NCBI GenBank assembly: GCA_951406725.2
Contig: OX597839.1
Location: 4,154,001-4,218,000, forward strand
From: Octopus vulgaris
Taxonomy: Eukaryota
Direction: 5' to 3'
DNA: 64,000 bases
The notes beneath the pieces were generated by a model. It was given only the letters and a program-made list of their open reading frames with translations, was not told the DNA's origin and did no database searches. Shown one piece after another: positions 25,950 to 40,362 of the stretch (position 1 is its first letter; every line of letters begins with the position of its first letter). A program made the translations under genes and the position numbers.

Positions 25950-26230
25950 ACAGACATATAGATAAATAGATAGATAGACAGATAGATAGATAGATAAATA
26001 TACAGATAGATAGATAGATAAATAAATAGATAGACAGATAGATAGACAGATAAATAGACAGACAGATAGATAGATAGATAGATAAATAGATAGACAGACA
26101 GATAGATAGACAGACAGATAAATAGACAGATAGATAGATAAATAGATAGATAGACAGACAGATAGACAGACAGACAGATAGATAGACAGACAGACAGATA
26201 GATAGATAGATACATACATACATACATACA
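25950..26230. repeat. (GATA/GACA)n microsatellite just upstream of the fumarase ATG exon
   Basis: direct inspection. Confidence 0.95.
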
Positions 26231-27333
26231 GCAGATAGAAAGTGAAGGTCTCGCATTTTTGCATCTTATTTATTTATTCGGCAAGGGGGCATTTAAATAA
26301 ACTGACCATGCAGAGGCTTCCACGTTAAGATTGAGTTATCAATGTCATTCAACCTCCGAAATGGTCACACCTTGAGTCAAAAGGTATTCCAAACGTGACT
26401 CTCCCGCTTTTTTTCTTCTTCAATTTAGATATAGAGTATCCAACATGTCCTTCCTTTCTGTAACACGGTAGGGTGCAAATTGTGGGAGATTTGATTACTA
26501 ATGTAACCAAGTAGAAAGACTTAGAAATGATTCTGGCATACTTTACAAAAGTGAACCCTCATAACTTTCAGAAAAACGGTTATTTTGTATCTCTTTTACT
26601 CTTTCACTTGTTTCAGTCATTTGACTGCGGCCATGCTGGAGCACCGCCTTTTTTAATCGAGTAAGTCGACCCCAGGACTTATTCGTTGTAAGCCTAGTAC
26701 TTATTCTATCAGTCACCTTTGTTGAACCGCTAAGTTACGGGGACGTAAACACACCAGCATCGGTTGTCAAGCAATGGTGGGGGGGACAAACACACATATA
26801 TATATACATATATACAACGGGCTTCTTTCAGCTTCCATCTACCAAATACACTCACAAGGCTTTGGTCGTCCCGAGGCTATAGTAGAAGACACTTGCCCAA
26901 GGTGCCACGCAGTGGGAATGAACCTGGAACCATGTGGTTGGTAAGCAAGCTACTTACCACACAGCCACCTACAAATACCTTTCAGATGAGATAGATTTAC
27001 AATCATATCGGAATTTATTGTAGAAAAGAGAAATGGTGAGCGTGTACACATACACACTGACAGGCCTCACATATATATCTGCTAAATGAAAATTGAAAAA
27101 AATTGTGACGTACGTCAGTATATATCTGTGAGTGATCACAAGTTTTATTATTTTTTTTTACATTAGATTCTGATATAATCGTAATCTATACTATCTGAAA
27201 GGTATTTGTAGAACATTTCAATAAAAAATATTCATTTTTGTTAAAGTTATGAGGAAACAAAGTCAGAGGGTGGTAGGACTTGTGAAAGTATGTCGAGATT
27301 CTTTGCATCGTAATTATATTACAATGTAAAATA

Positions 27334-27749
27334 TGGATTTTTCGGTTTGAACGGCAGTTTTTTTCTAGCGGTATCATATAAACTTGTCACCCATAATAAT
27401 GACCCTAGTATCGATCTATTGCATTTCAATTTGTTTTAGGGTTAGGGTTACGGTTAAGGGAAGGGTATCTTTTTTTTCTTCACAAATGTAAATAAACCCA
27501 ATCTGTTTCTTAAACGAGGGACGTATTCATACAGCACAGAATTTTACCTCAATAGACGTCAGTGGTCGGTTGAAATTGCAGAAATTGAAGAAAAAGAATA
27601 ACAAATATCTTACAAACCATAGAATTTTCTCGATAAAGCCAAGAGAAAAAGATGTTTTATAAACGCATTCTACCAGTATACGATGTTTAAAAGTGTTTAC
27701 TTACGTGGAAATTATTTAAAAAAAACTGCCGTTCAAACCGAAAAGATCC
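27334..27749. mobile_element. ~415-bp non-autonomous TIR element with internal TTAGGG repeats
   Basis: ~29-bp TIRs GGATCTTTTCGGTTTGAACGGCAGTTTTT (family consensus); copies ~23151-23425, 28740-29290 (nested pair), 30593-31075, 49538-49956. Confidence 0.85.
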
Positions 27750-28739
27750 CAATGTAAAGTATAAATTATGTAAACAAACAAAACGAACGGACGAAATATA
27801 CCTTTTAAAAAAATCAATTATTACTTTTCTTAATCGTTTTTACAACGCAATACTACAAGAAATATTCAACCTTAAATAACAAGATGACCTTTAGGCGGAT
27901 TCTCACCCGGGTGGTTGATAAAGAGATAGCTAGACACAGTTAACTCTCTTTCTCTCTGTATCACACAGTTTAATGACATACCCTCTTACTCTGGTGTATG
28001 CATTAGTGTAATGTAATAGTCGTAATAGTTATTATTACACAATACTTGCAGGTAACAATCTTATATACTTCTGTTACATAATAATTCCATTAATATCTTG
28101 AATGCCTTTCACAGGAATATGGTAACCTTTCATATTCATTATATCCCTTCCTTCTTCTTCTCTCCACTACTAGGGAATAACTCCCTTGATGGCCAAATTG
28201 CCCTCGAATTAAGGCCACATCGACTTAAGGAAAAATATTGCATTAATAAAATGTAATCCTAGGTATACCCTAAATAAGACAGGATGGTCATAACTGGAAA
28301 TGTTTTTGATCATAAACAGGCCTGCATGACCAGAGTTGACCTGGGGCTAAATACTATCACCATCTCCAACAACAGTAACCCTTCGATTGCCAGTCCTTAA
28401 GTTCAAGAATTCGTGCATGTTTGACCTTTGTTTTTTAAAGATTTTTGAGGACAGGTAGCAAAAACAACAACAACAACAATAAACAAAGAATAACAAATAA
28501 ACATCACTTGCCTTCTTAATGTGTGTACTGCAAGTAGGCGGACACGCTACTTGAAACCAAGATCACACAGTCCGCAGCTGAGTTATGGTGAGAGGATGTG
28601 GGAAGGTAAGCACATGTGGAGGGGAAGCACCAAATAATAAGATTTGTCTGCAGAAGCAAATTTTTTCTACCACTAACATCAATAGATTATAATTTACGAA
28701 TTGAAAACGCTAAGTCTATAGTTTACTACTCGAGAAAAG

Positions 28740-29290
28740 GGATCTTTTCGATTTGAACGGCAGTTTTTAACATAATTTCTAGGGAACTAAACATTTTTAG
28801 ATTTCGTATACTGGTAGAATGTGTTTATAAAACATCTTTCGGATCTTTTCGGTTTGAACGGCAGTTTTTTTCTTGCGGTGTCATATGAAATTGTCACCCA
28901 TAATTATGACACTAGAATCGATCTATTGCATTTCAATCTGTTTTAGGGTTAGGGGTGGGGGAAATGGTATCTTTTTTTCTTCACAAATGTAAATAAACCC
29001 AATCTGTTTCTTAAACGAGGGACATATTCATACGGCACAGAATGCTTTTTACCTCAATAGACGTCAGTGATTGTTTGAAATTGCAGAAATTGAAGAAAAA
29101 CAAACAACAAATATCTTACAAACTATAGAATTTTCTCAATAAAGCCGAGAGAAAAAATATTTTATAAACACATTCGGCGATCTTTCATTCTACCAGTATA
29201 CGAAATTTAAAAGTGTTTAGTTACAAAGAAATTATTTTTTAAATCTGTCGTTCAAACCGAAAATATCCCAAACCCTAACCCTAACCCTCC
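28740..29290. mobile_element. Nested pair of the TTAGGG-containing TIR element
   Basis: TIR at 28740, second TIR at 28841, closing TIR ~29240-29268, then (AACCCT)n. Confidence 0.75.
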
Positions 29291-29504
29291 ATATATATAT
29301 TTCTCTTTTACTTGTTTCAGTCATTTGACTGCGGCCATGCTGGAGCACCGCCTTTAATCGAGCAACTCGACCCCGGGACTTATTCTTTTGTAAGCCCAGT
29401 ACTTATTCTGTTGGTCTCTTTTGCTGAACCGTTGAGTAACGGGGACATAAACACACCAGCATCGGTTGTCAAGCAATGCTAGGGGGACAAACACAGACAC
29501 ACAA

Positions 29505-29575
<71 letters not shown>

Positions 29576-29699
29576 TACATATATAGGACGGGCTTCTTTC
29601 AGTTTCCATCTACCAAATCCACTCACAAGGCTTTGGTCGGCCCGAGGCTATAGTAGAAGATATATATATATATATAAAAAAGAAACACTTTCTTGAAAT

Positions 29700-29760
29700 G
29701 TATCCGATACTTCCGGGTCGTATACCGAAGTTACACTCCAGGATGGCCGGAGTCCAATGC
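29700..29760. promoter_or_regulatory. Candidate housekeeping promoter core between the divergent fumarase and LSG1 genes
   Basis: CpG-containing non-repeat patch with an ETS-type ACTTCCGG (29709-29716) and YY1-like GGATGGCCG, ~250 nt upstream of the LSG1 ATG. Confidence 0.35.
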
Positions 29761-29971
29761 CCGAAGCAATTAAGAAACCAGATAATTAAAAATAATTAAT
29801 AAAAAGAAGCTACTTGTTCGTGTGAGGTCCTAGAGTTAGGCTGACTGTAACATAAGGCTGTTACTATAAAGTATCCGTAGAGTTATCCACTCTTCGTTAA
29901 TCAATTTCTTCTCCTCGTGTTTTGCCAGAAGAAAAAAAAGGCTTTAATTGATGTGATTTTATTGTTTAATA

Positions 29972-30061
29972 ATGGGCAAGAACGACAAGGGCCAAGTTCT
30001 TGGTCGTAGTATTATCAAGGAAAGATTCGCTAAGAAAAAACACGGAGGACAGAAATGTTTT
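29972..30061 (+). CDS. LSG1: LSG1 exon 1 (MGKNDKGQVLGRSIIKERFAKKKHGGQKCF)
   Basis: ATG; LGR motif as in LSG1 N-termini; TTT|gtgagt donor. Confidence 0.88.
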
Positions 30062-32864
30062 GTGAGTATATAATTTTTTTTTTTTAAATAATATTCTGTA
30101 ATATGTTCCGTTGTTTAAAATTACACCCACACGCGTTGGCACACATTTCTCCGTCTTAACTCTATTGTTTACGTGGTCGAGATCGACTTCGCCTTTCGTC
30201 CTTTCTTGGTCGATGAATTAAGTACCAGTTGCGTACTGGGGATAATGTAATCGACTAGTCCCCTCCCCTGACCTCACTGATCGCCAGAGCGCATTGTTTT
30301 TCATATTCGTTTACATGTTGTTCTATACCAGGGGTTCATGTTTTTTGGTTATTTGCTCCTATAGTTGAAATTATTACAGGAACCTCGGTTATTATAGAAT
30401 CTATACCTATTGCACTATTTTTTGGGGTTAATGTTTAGATGTAAACATTAACCTTTTGTTTTTTGGCGATCCTTCGGTATAGGTACCGTAAGTATCGGTA
30501 GTGGCTTTGTTTACATTTCTGAAGATAGCAGAAACCCTTTTCTCCCACTCCTAACCCTAACCCTAACCCTTGGTCTTTTTAAATGAAATTTTGGACCTTT
30601 TCGGTTTGAACGGCAGTTTTTTTTAAATAATTTCCACGTAACTAAAAAATTTAAAACTTCGTATACTGGTAGAATGTGTTTATAAAACATCTTTTTCTCT
30701 TGGCTTTATTTAGAAAATTCTATAGTTTGTAAGATATTTGTGTTTTTTTCCTTCAATTTCTGCAATTTCAACCAATCAATGACGTCTATTGAGGTGAAAA
30801 CATTCTGTGCCGTATGAATCTGTCCCTCGTTTAAGAAACAGATTGGGTTTATTTACATTTATGAAGAAAAAAAGATACCATTTCCCCCACCCCTAACCCT
30901 AAAACGGATTGAAATGCAATAGATCTATACTAGGGTCATAATTATGGGTGACAATTTCATATGACACCGCTTACAAACTATATAATTTTCTCAATAAAGC
31001 CAAGAGAAAAAGATGTTTTATAAACACATTCTACCAGTATACGAAGTTTAAAATTGTTTAGTTACATGGAAATTGACCCCAGCATGCAACTGGTACTTGT
31101 TGACTCCGAAAGGATGAAAGGCAAAGTTGACCTCGGCGGAATTTGAACTCAGAACGTAAAGACCAAAGAAATACTGCTAAGCATTTCGCCCGATGTGCTG
31201 TTTCTGCCAGCTCACTGCCTTAGAATTTCTCATTTATTATTATAGGTGTGTTTATCTTTTTTGTCATTTTCTTCTTCAGGTACATACAAGTGAACTGAAC
31301 GATGGCTATGAGTGGGGCCGGCTCAACCTTGCATCTGTTACTGAACAGAGTAACCTGGAAGACTTCCTTGCCACTGCAGAATTAGCAGGCACAGAGTTTA
31401 CTGCCGGTAAATACATCTGGACTGTTTTTATTTGTTTTGTAGTGTTTTAGTCCATTTGACTGCGGCCATGCTGGAGCACCACCTTTAGTCGAGCAAATCG
31501 ACCCCAGGACTTATTCTTTGTAAGCTCAGTACTTATTCTATCAGTCTCTTTTGCCGAACTGCTAAGTTACGGGGACGTAAACACACCAGCATCGGTTGTT
31601 AAGCGATGCTAGGGAGACAAACACAGACACACAAACATACACATATACATATATACGACGGGCTTCTTTCAGTTTCCATCTATCAAATCCACTCACAAGG
31701 CTTTGGTCGGCCCGAGGCTATAGTAGAAGACACTTGCCCAAGGTGCCATGCAGTGGGACTGAACCCGGAACCATGTGGTTGGTAAACAAGCTACTTACCA
31801 CACTGCGCCTTGGACTGTTTTTATTTGTTTTAGTCTCCATTAGTGTCATTGGTTGCAGGTTTGTGATGGGTCGGTCACTGCTCACCACCTCATTGGATCC
31901 TGCTGAGCTGTCTCAAACATACCAGCATGGAGGGTGAACAGACGTTGTATGATGATGATGATGGTACTTGTACTTGTGGCAACATTCACCCTGGGCGGGT
32001 TGAGTCGGCTTCTTCCACCTCCCTCGAGGCATTGTATTCGCCATTGAGAATTCATGGAAGAAGTTTCGTGGGAATATGTAGATTTCACAAGCAGTCTCCA
32101 ACAATCCCACATGTAGAGACATCCTGTTTGCTGCAGATAGTCCGCAGACGCAGGGGCAGAACAACTGAGGTGCCGCCGGTTGCCGAAACAGACACTCCGA
32201 GGATTTTCACCAGAGCCCCGTCTGCCGGGTTGTAGCCCTAATACCACTCGGTGTCAGACCAACCTGCCTTGGGTGACCCTACCAGGAACTGAAGTTCCCG
32301 ACGGCATAGCTCTGACACTACCCGTTGCCAGCGTCCCCACCATGGTGAGGAGAGGATGGACTTTGGGGATGATGATGGTAGTTATTGTTGGTGTGGACAT
32401 GGCTGTGTATCAAGAAATTTGCTTCCCAACCACATGGTTCTAGGTTCAGTCCCACTGCGTGGCACCTTGGGCGATTGTCTTCTGCTTTAGCTCCAGGGTG
32501 ACCAATAGCTTGTGAGTGAATGTGGCAAATGTAAACTGTGTTTGTGCATATGTGCCCACCATTGCTTGACAACTAGTGTTGGTATGCATTGAGCAAACTT
32601 GCACACACACACAAACAGAAAAACTAAACATGTTCAGCTGGAGGGGATACTCTCTTTACTCTTTACTTGTTTCAGTCATTTGACTGCGGCCATGCTGGAG
32701 CACTGCCTTTAGTCGAGCAAATCGACCCCGGGACTTATTCTTTGTAAGCCCAGTACTTATTCTATCGGTCTCTTTTGCCGAACCGCTAAGTGACGGGGAC
32801 GTAAACACACCAGCATCGGTTGTCAAGCAATGCTAGGGAGACAAACACAGACACACAAACACAT

Positions 32865-32917
<53 letters not shown>

Positions 32918-35900
32918 TACGACAGGCTTCTTTCAGTTTCCGTCTACCAAATCCACTCACAAGGCATTGGTCAGCCTGGGGCAGAAGACACTTGCCCAAG
33001 ATGCCATGCAGTGGGACTGAACCCGGAACCATGTGGTTGGTTAGCAAGCTACTTACCACACAGCCACTCCTGCTCGAGTTTGTTCAAAAGTTTCATAACA
33101 GTCTTTCCTCTTGTCCTGGATGGCTTGGGATAAAAATTGCCACTTCCTCATCTTGTATGAGGAATACCGAATGTCTTCATGCACGACCTGCTTGATGAAA
33201 AACTCAAACATTCCCATGTCCCTGGCGATGAACTTGATTGACTTGGAGGGATCGTTGTCAATCATGGCCCAGATCTCACCAGCAAATTCAGGAGTTTTCT
33301 TATCAGAACGGTCAGAGTGAATTTTCCAAGCTGCTATACCTTCATAATCACCATTAGACTCATCCAACTCTTTCTGAATCTGCTGCATTGTCCTCTGAAA
33401 TGTTCTGCTTCTGGTGCAAATGCCAAGCAGTACAGCATGCTGTTTCTAAATTTCTGGCAGAGTGGATTGCATCATGGTGCTGTTTTACTCACAGACAGTG
33501 TCCAACTGACCCTACTATACTGTGTAGTTGACAAAATCAAAAACCCATTACACCCTGTATATGTATGTATGTATGTATGTATGTATATATGTATGTATAT
33601 GTATGTATGTATATATATATATATATATATATATACATGTGGTAAGTAGCTTGGTTATGAACTACATGGTTCCGGGTTCAGTCCCACTGCGTGGCACCTT
33701 GGGCAAGTGTCTTCTACTATAGCCCCGGGCCGACCAAAGCCTTGTGAGTGGATTTGGTAGACGGAAACTGAAAGAAGCCTGTCGTATATATGTATATATA
33801 TATGTGTGTGCGTGTATGTTTGTGTGTCTGTGTTTGTCCCCCTAGCATTGCTTGACAACCGATGCTGGTGTGTTTATGTCCCCGCAACTTAGCGGTTCGG
33901 CAAAAGAGACCGATAGAATAAGTACTGGGCTTACAAAGAATAAGTCCCGGGGTCGAGTTGCTCGATTAAAGGCAGTGCTCCAGCATGGCCACAGTCAAAT
34001 GACTGAAACAAGTAAAAAGAGAATATATATTGGGTTGGTGCATAATTATTGCGGCTTTTTTCAACAAATTTTATTCAACAAAAACAATCACAACATGTAA
34101 CAAAAACATTTTTAAATGATTATTCTGGAGCATATTCACCATCTACTTCAATTATTGCTTCCCATTTGTTTGGCAGTTGGTCAGGCCATCATTTAAAGAT
34201 GTTTTAGTTAAATACTGTTATTGTTTTTGTTGAAAAAAAGCTGCGATAATTATGCACCAACCCAATATATATATACATACATGCATGCATGCATACATAC
34301 ATACATGCACACATACATACATGCACACATACATACATGCATACACACAAACATACATGCATACATGCATGCATGCATGTATACATGCATGCATGTATAC
34401 ATACATGTATGTATACATGCATGTATACATGTATGTATACTTACATGTATGTATGTATACTTACATGTATGTATGTATACATACATGCATGCATGTATAC
34501 ATACATGTATGTATACATACATACATGCATGCATGCAAGAGTGGTATTGCTGGTTTTATATATATATATATCCATTTAATTTTTCTCGATATTTTTATTT
34601 ATTTTTTGTTTTTCTACTTTTTTTTTTGGCAGAAAAACTTAATGTAAAATTTATTGACCGCCCAAATGACAGTGGTTTGCCGAGTGCAGATGAACTGAAG
34701 CTTGTCAAAGCAGTCCAAGACAAAAACAAAGAATTGCTACGAATTCCTCGAAGGTTTGTTTGTATTGATTTATTTTATGTCACATTTGGTAAACTATAAC
34801 AGTGTTGATTGCAGATTTTCATTATCATCATCATTTAACGTCTGCTTTCCATGTTAGCATGGGTTGAACGGTTCAACTGGGGTCTGGGAAGCCAGGAGGC
34901 TGCACCAGGCTCCAGTCTTATCTGGCAGTGTTTCTAAAGCTGGATGCCTTTCCTATCGCCAACCACTCCGTGAGTGTAGTGGGTGCTTTTTACGTTCCAC
35001 CGGCACAGGTGCCAGACGAGGCTGGCAACGGCCACGATCGGATGGTGCTTTTTATGTGCCACTGGCATGAAGGCCAGGTGAGGCTGGCAACGGCCACGAT
35101 CGGATGGTGCTTTTTATGTGCCACTGGCATGAAGGCCAGGTGAGGCTGGCAACGGCCATGATCGGTTGGTGCTTTTTACATGCCACCGGCACGGCCAGTC
35201 GGGGCGGTGCTGGCAATGGCCACGTTCGGATGGTTCTTTTACCTGCCGCTTGCACTGGTATCACAGCTACAATTTCCATTGATTTTTGAGCGATTTCGGT
35301 GAATGAAAAGTTTATTGCCTTCCTGGTGATGAGAGAGAAACAAAGGAGTGTTTGATACACATTGGCAAACAAATATCACGAAAAACTGTTGAAAGAACCC
35401 TACCTTATGGCTATTCTTGCCAGTGTTTATGTCCTTTGCTGAAATATATACATATGTACACATAGAGCTATACATGCACACACATATGTGCGTGTTTTAA
35501 GGTAGCGAGCTGGCAGAAACGTTAGCACACCGGGCGAAGTGCGTAGCTGTATTTCGTCTGCTGTTACATTCTGAGTTCAAATTCCGCTGAGGTCGACTTT
35601 GCCTTTCATCCTTTCGGGGTCGATAAATTAAGTACCAGTTACGCACTGGGGTCGATGTAATCGACTTAATCCGTTTGTCTGTCCTTGTTTGTCCCCTGTG
35701 TTTAGCCCCTTGTGGGTAGTAAAGAAATAGGTATTTCGTCTGTCTTTACGTTAAGGCGGTGAGCTGGCAGAATCATTAGCACGCCAGGCGAAATGTGGTA
35801 TTTCATCTGCCGCTACATTGTGCTTTGTGGTATTTCATCTGCTGCTACATTCTGAGTTCAAATTCCGCCGAGGTCGACTTTGCCTTTCATCCTTTTGGGG

Positions 35901-36280
35901 TCGAAATTAAGTACCAGTTACGCACTGGGGTCGATGTAATCGACTTAATCCGTTTGTCTGTCCCTGTTTGTCCCCTCTGTGTTTAGCCCCTTGTGGGTAG
36001 TAAAGAAATAGGTATTTATTTAATCTACCCCGAAAGGATGAAAGGCAAAGTCAACCTCGGGAATTTGTACTCAGAACGTATTTCATCAGTCTTTACGTTC
36101 TGAATTCAAATTCCGCCGAGGTCGACTTTGCCTTTCATCCTTTCAGGGTCGATAAATTAAGTACCAGTTACGCACTGGGGTCGATGTAATCGACTTAATC
36201 CGTTTGTCTGTCCTTGTTTGTCCCCTCTGTCTTTAGCCCCTTGTGGGTAGTAAAGAAATAATAGGTGTGTGTATGTGTGA

Positions 36281-36317
<37 letters not shown>

Positions 36318-38933
36318 CATGTGTAAATTTATTCATTTAAACTTTTTATTTTTTAATCCTCACTTTGTCTTTCTCTGTATTTTTTCTCTGCAGGCCTGAC
36401 TGGGATTCCAACACAACACCTGAAGAACTTGCTGCCAAGGAACGAGAACTCTTTCTTCTGTGGAGGAAGAGTTTGTCTATGTAAGTATTTATCTGTATTT
36501 TATAAATATTGTTGTTATTTCTCTTCACCTTACTTTGTTAACCCTTTTGTTATTATATTTCTGTTGGATTAAACTGCTGTTCTTTTAGTTACTTTTGAAT
36601 TTATTGAAGAATTGAGTAAAATAACTTCGGCATTATTAATCCTTTAACCCTTTCATTACTGTATTTATTTTGAGATGCTCTGTGTTTCTTTCAATTAACT
36701 TTAAATATAACAAAGAATTTAGTAATATAACTTAGTTATCATTAAGCTAGTGTTAGGAACATAAATTGTGACTAAGGTTTGCTGGAAAATTTTAATTCAG
36801 AACTTTTGGAAACAAAACATTTGTAGTCAGAGCCAGGGCCAGTTTCAGCTGGGTTGGTAACGAAAAGGTTAACATTTAAACTTGCCATATCTGGCCAAAA
36901 TATTCTCTCCGTTTTATGTTCAAACTGGTCAGATGTAGTCTTTCACATCCAGGGCAGTTGAGTCAGATTCGTGGAGTTGGAGTCTGTAAAACTATACCAA
37001 CTCAAACATCTTTATTCTTTAATATAAACCATATATAGGCCTACTCAAAGTACAAGCGTATGCATATGCTGTATGAGATATGTAAACCACAATCACTTAA
37101 TTACATAAAGAGGAGTTAGGGGTGCCAATAACACAGGAGTCGGAGACTGTGGAATAAATGATAATCAGATGGGGCAATGTCCGGCAAATATGGTGGGTGG
37201 GGCATCGTTTGCCATTCAAACTGCTCCAGCCTTTGGAATATCATCCTTGCTGTCTGTGGCTGAACATTATGATGGAAGAACACCTTTTGTTTTGAAACCA
37301 AAGATGGTTGTTTTTGTTCTAGCGCTGACTTAAGCTGCTCAGGCTGCTCGCAGTTGAAAGTTCTTAATTTAGCAAATTAGCTCGTTAAGAAAATCTCTAT
37401 TAAAGATGAGAGCAGTATCTATACTGAGAAGTAATGTTTATCACCACCAAACAGATAACAACACCTTTAGCCTGGGGTGCCGGTGTTTCTCTTTTCCCTA
37501 CCCACTGTCTTCGGCGCTTGCCATTTTTATACAGAACCCATTTCTCATCACAAGTCACTATTCAATCCAAAAAAAGGTACGTTTAGAGACGTGACAGCAA
37601 AGAAGAGCACACCTTAAATCTGCACATGATTAAACTTGGAAAGTTTGTGAGGAACCCATTGACCCAATTTGCTGACTTTTCCGATGACATGCAGGTGTCA
37701 ATGAATGGTTGAATGACCAAATCCAAGCTTCTCTGCTAGTTCCTCAATAGTTATGCTCTATAGATCTTCCAGGACGAGGCTCATCTTCTAAGCTGTAGTT
37801 TCTGACTTGGAATTTCTGGAACCATTGTTGACACTGTCTTACGCTTATTGTTTGATCCCTATATACTGCATTAACATTCTTTGCACTTTCCGTTGTGCTG
37901 TTGCCTTTATTGGACCCCTAAAGCAAAATATGCCAAATATGCTCCTTTGTCACTTCCATTATAGCTGTGAACAAATAACTGTTAAAATCAAACTGCACTC
38001 TTCAAAACATGCACTAAGAATAAGTACAAGGTAAAATTACTACCTGCAATTACTATAGCAAGTTGATGCGGGTAGTTTATCCCATCCCCCTCCAACTTTT
38101 AGTTCATGCAATATGACCCTATATATTTATGTTTCCAAAAGGTTACAAGCAGAAGACCATGTTACATTGACTCCGTACGAAAAAAATCTGGACTTCTGGA
38201 GACAACTTTGGCGTGTTCTTGAACGAAGGTAACTTTTCTATTTATTTATTTACAAATTTTTGTTGTTACTGATGTTGTTTAGCCTAAGTCAACCCATATC
38301 ATACAGACCTGTGATCAAAGACATTCCCACCATGACCATCCTGTGTGCAGCAGATCTAGGATCCTTTGATGGTTTTTTACTTCTCAACTGCCATCCTTCA
38401 TATGCTTCACATGTCAATACCAGTTACGCACTGGGGTCGATGTAATCGACTTAATCTGTTTGTCCCTTCTGTGTTTAGACCCTTGTTGGTAGTAAAGAAA
38501 TAGGTATTAAGCTTGCTTCACAACCACATGGTTCCATGTTCAGTCTCACTGTGTGGCACCTTGGGCAGCTGTCTTCTAACATAGCCTCAGGCCAACCAAA
38601 GCCTTATCAGTGGATTTGGTCGACGGAAACTGAAATGATATGTGTGTGTGTGTGTGTATTTATGTATATATCTATGTGTGCGTGTCTTTGTGTCTGTGTT
38701 TGTTCCTTGACAACCGGTGGTGGTGTATTTATACCTGTGTAATTTAACGGTGTGGCTAAAGAGACTGATAGAATAATTAGTAGGCTTAAAAAAATAAGTC
38801 CTGGGATTGATTTGTTAGACTAAAACCTTTCAAGGTGGTGCTCCAGCATGGCTGCAGTCAAATGATTGAGACAAGTTAAAAAAAGAATATATGCATATGT
38901 GCATACATACATATTCCCAGTGGTAGGTTGTGA

Positions 38934-38971
<38 letters not shown>

Positions 38972-39361
38972 ATATATCCTAGTAACGCGGCGAGCTGGCA
39001 GAATCGTTAGCATGTCGGGCGAAATGCTTAACGGTATTTCGTCTGACGCTACGTTCTGAGTTCAAATTCCGCTGAGGTTGACTTTACCTTTCATCCTTTC
39101 GGGGTCGATTAAAAAAGTACCAGTTACGCACTGGGCTCGATGTAATCGACTTAATACCTATGTCTGTCCTTGTTTGTCCCCTTTGTGTTTAGCCCCTTGT
39201 GGGTAATAAAGAAATAGGTATTTCTGTCTGCCGCTACGTTCTGAGTTCAAATTCTGCTGAGGTTGACTTTGCCTTTCATCCTTTCGGGGTCGATTAAATA
39301 AGTACCAGTTACGCACTGGGGTTGATATAATTGGCTTAATCTGACTAAACACACACACACA

Positions 39362-39404
<43 letters not shown>

Positions 39405-40310
39405 ATAAACTTCCTCACTGTGTAATGTGGTTTTGTCCTTTCATGATGTGGCTGTTATTTTTAGCCAATGATTGACTTTGCCTTTCATCCTTTCGGGGTC
39501 GATTAAATAAGTACCAGTTACGCACTGGGGTTGATATAATTGGCTTAATCTGACTAAACACACACACACACACTCTCTCTCTCTCTCTCATAAACATAAA
39601 CTTCCTCACTGTGTAATTGGTGTTGTTGTCCTATAGGCAGTGAGCTGGCAGAAACGTTAGCACACCGGACGAAATGCCGTTACATTCTGAGTTCAAATTC
39701 CACCGAGGTCAACTTTGCCTTAAATATTTAAACCACCTGAAGAATGACTGTAACTCAAAATTTTAAGAATTGGACAGCCATGAAACGATCGTAGTGTTAT
39801 ATTAATTATCTTTTTTGATGATGATGATGATGATGAATAATTTCGATATATATTTAAATAATATAAATTAATTAATCTTATGTATTGGCTTAAGTTTGTC
39901 ATTGTATGATTTGCCTAATAGTGGTTTTATCTCTAATTTCAATTCTTATGGTGTTGTTGTCCTATAGGCAGTGAGCTGGCAGAAACGTTAGCACACCGGA
40001 CGAAATGCCGTTACATTCTGAGTTCAAATTCCACCGAGGTCAACTTTGCCTTAAATATTTAAACCACCTGAAAATATTATATATAGAGGGCATTATACAT
40101 AATGCCAGAAGGCATTATACATACATGCCAAACGCTAAGAGGGACAATTAGTCATTTCTATCAAAAATATTACTAATCCCACCGAATGCAATTTTTCAAA
40201 GTAAGACATTTAAAAATATAGACCTGTATCACAGTGATTTCATACTTACGTACTCATCAGCAGGCCTGAATGCATTATAAATAAACAACGACCCTGCCCC
40301 TAAGTCGATC

Positions 40311-40362
<52 letters not shown>

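Noticed and set aside
27000-28620. Iron-responsive element in the fumarase 5' region
   Set aside because: No CAGUGN loop with the required 5-bp stem and bulged C was found by eye
30550-30570. Telomere or chromosome-fusion relic (also 27438-27460, 29270-29288)
   Set aside because: Only 2-4 units, always associated with the TIR element family
40250-40265. 16-nt minus-strand micro-exon (cag|GCCTGCTGATGAGTAC|gtaagt)
   Set aside because: Better explained as the hammerhead core and stem II; no partner exons found
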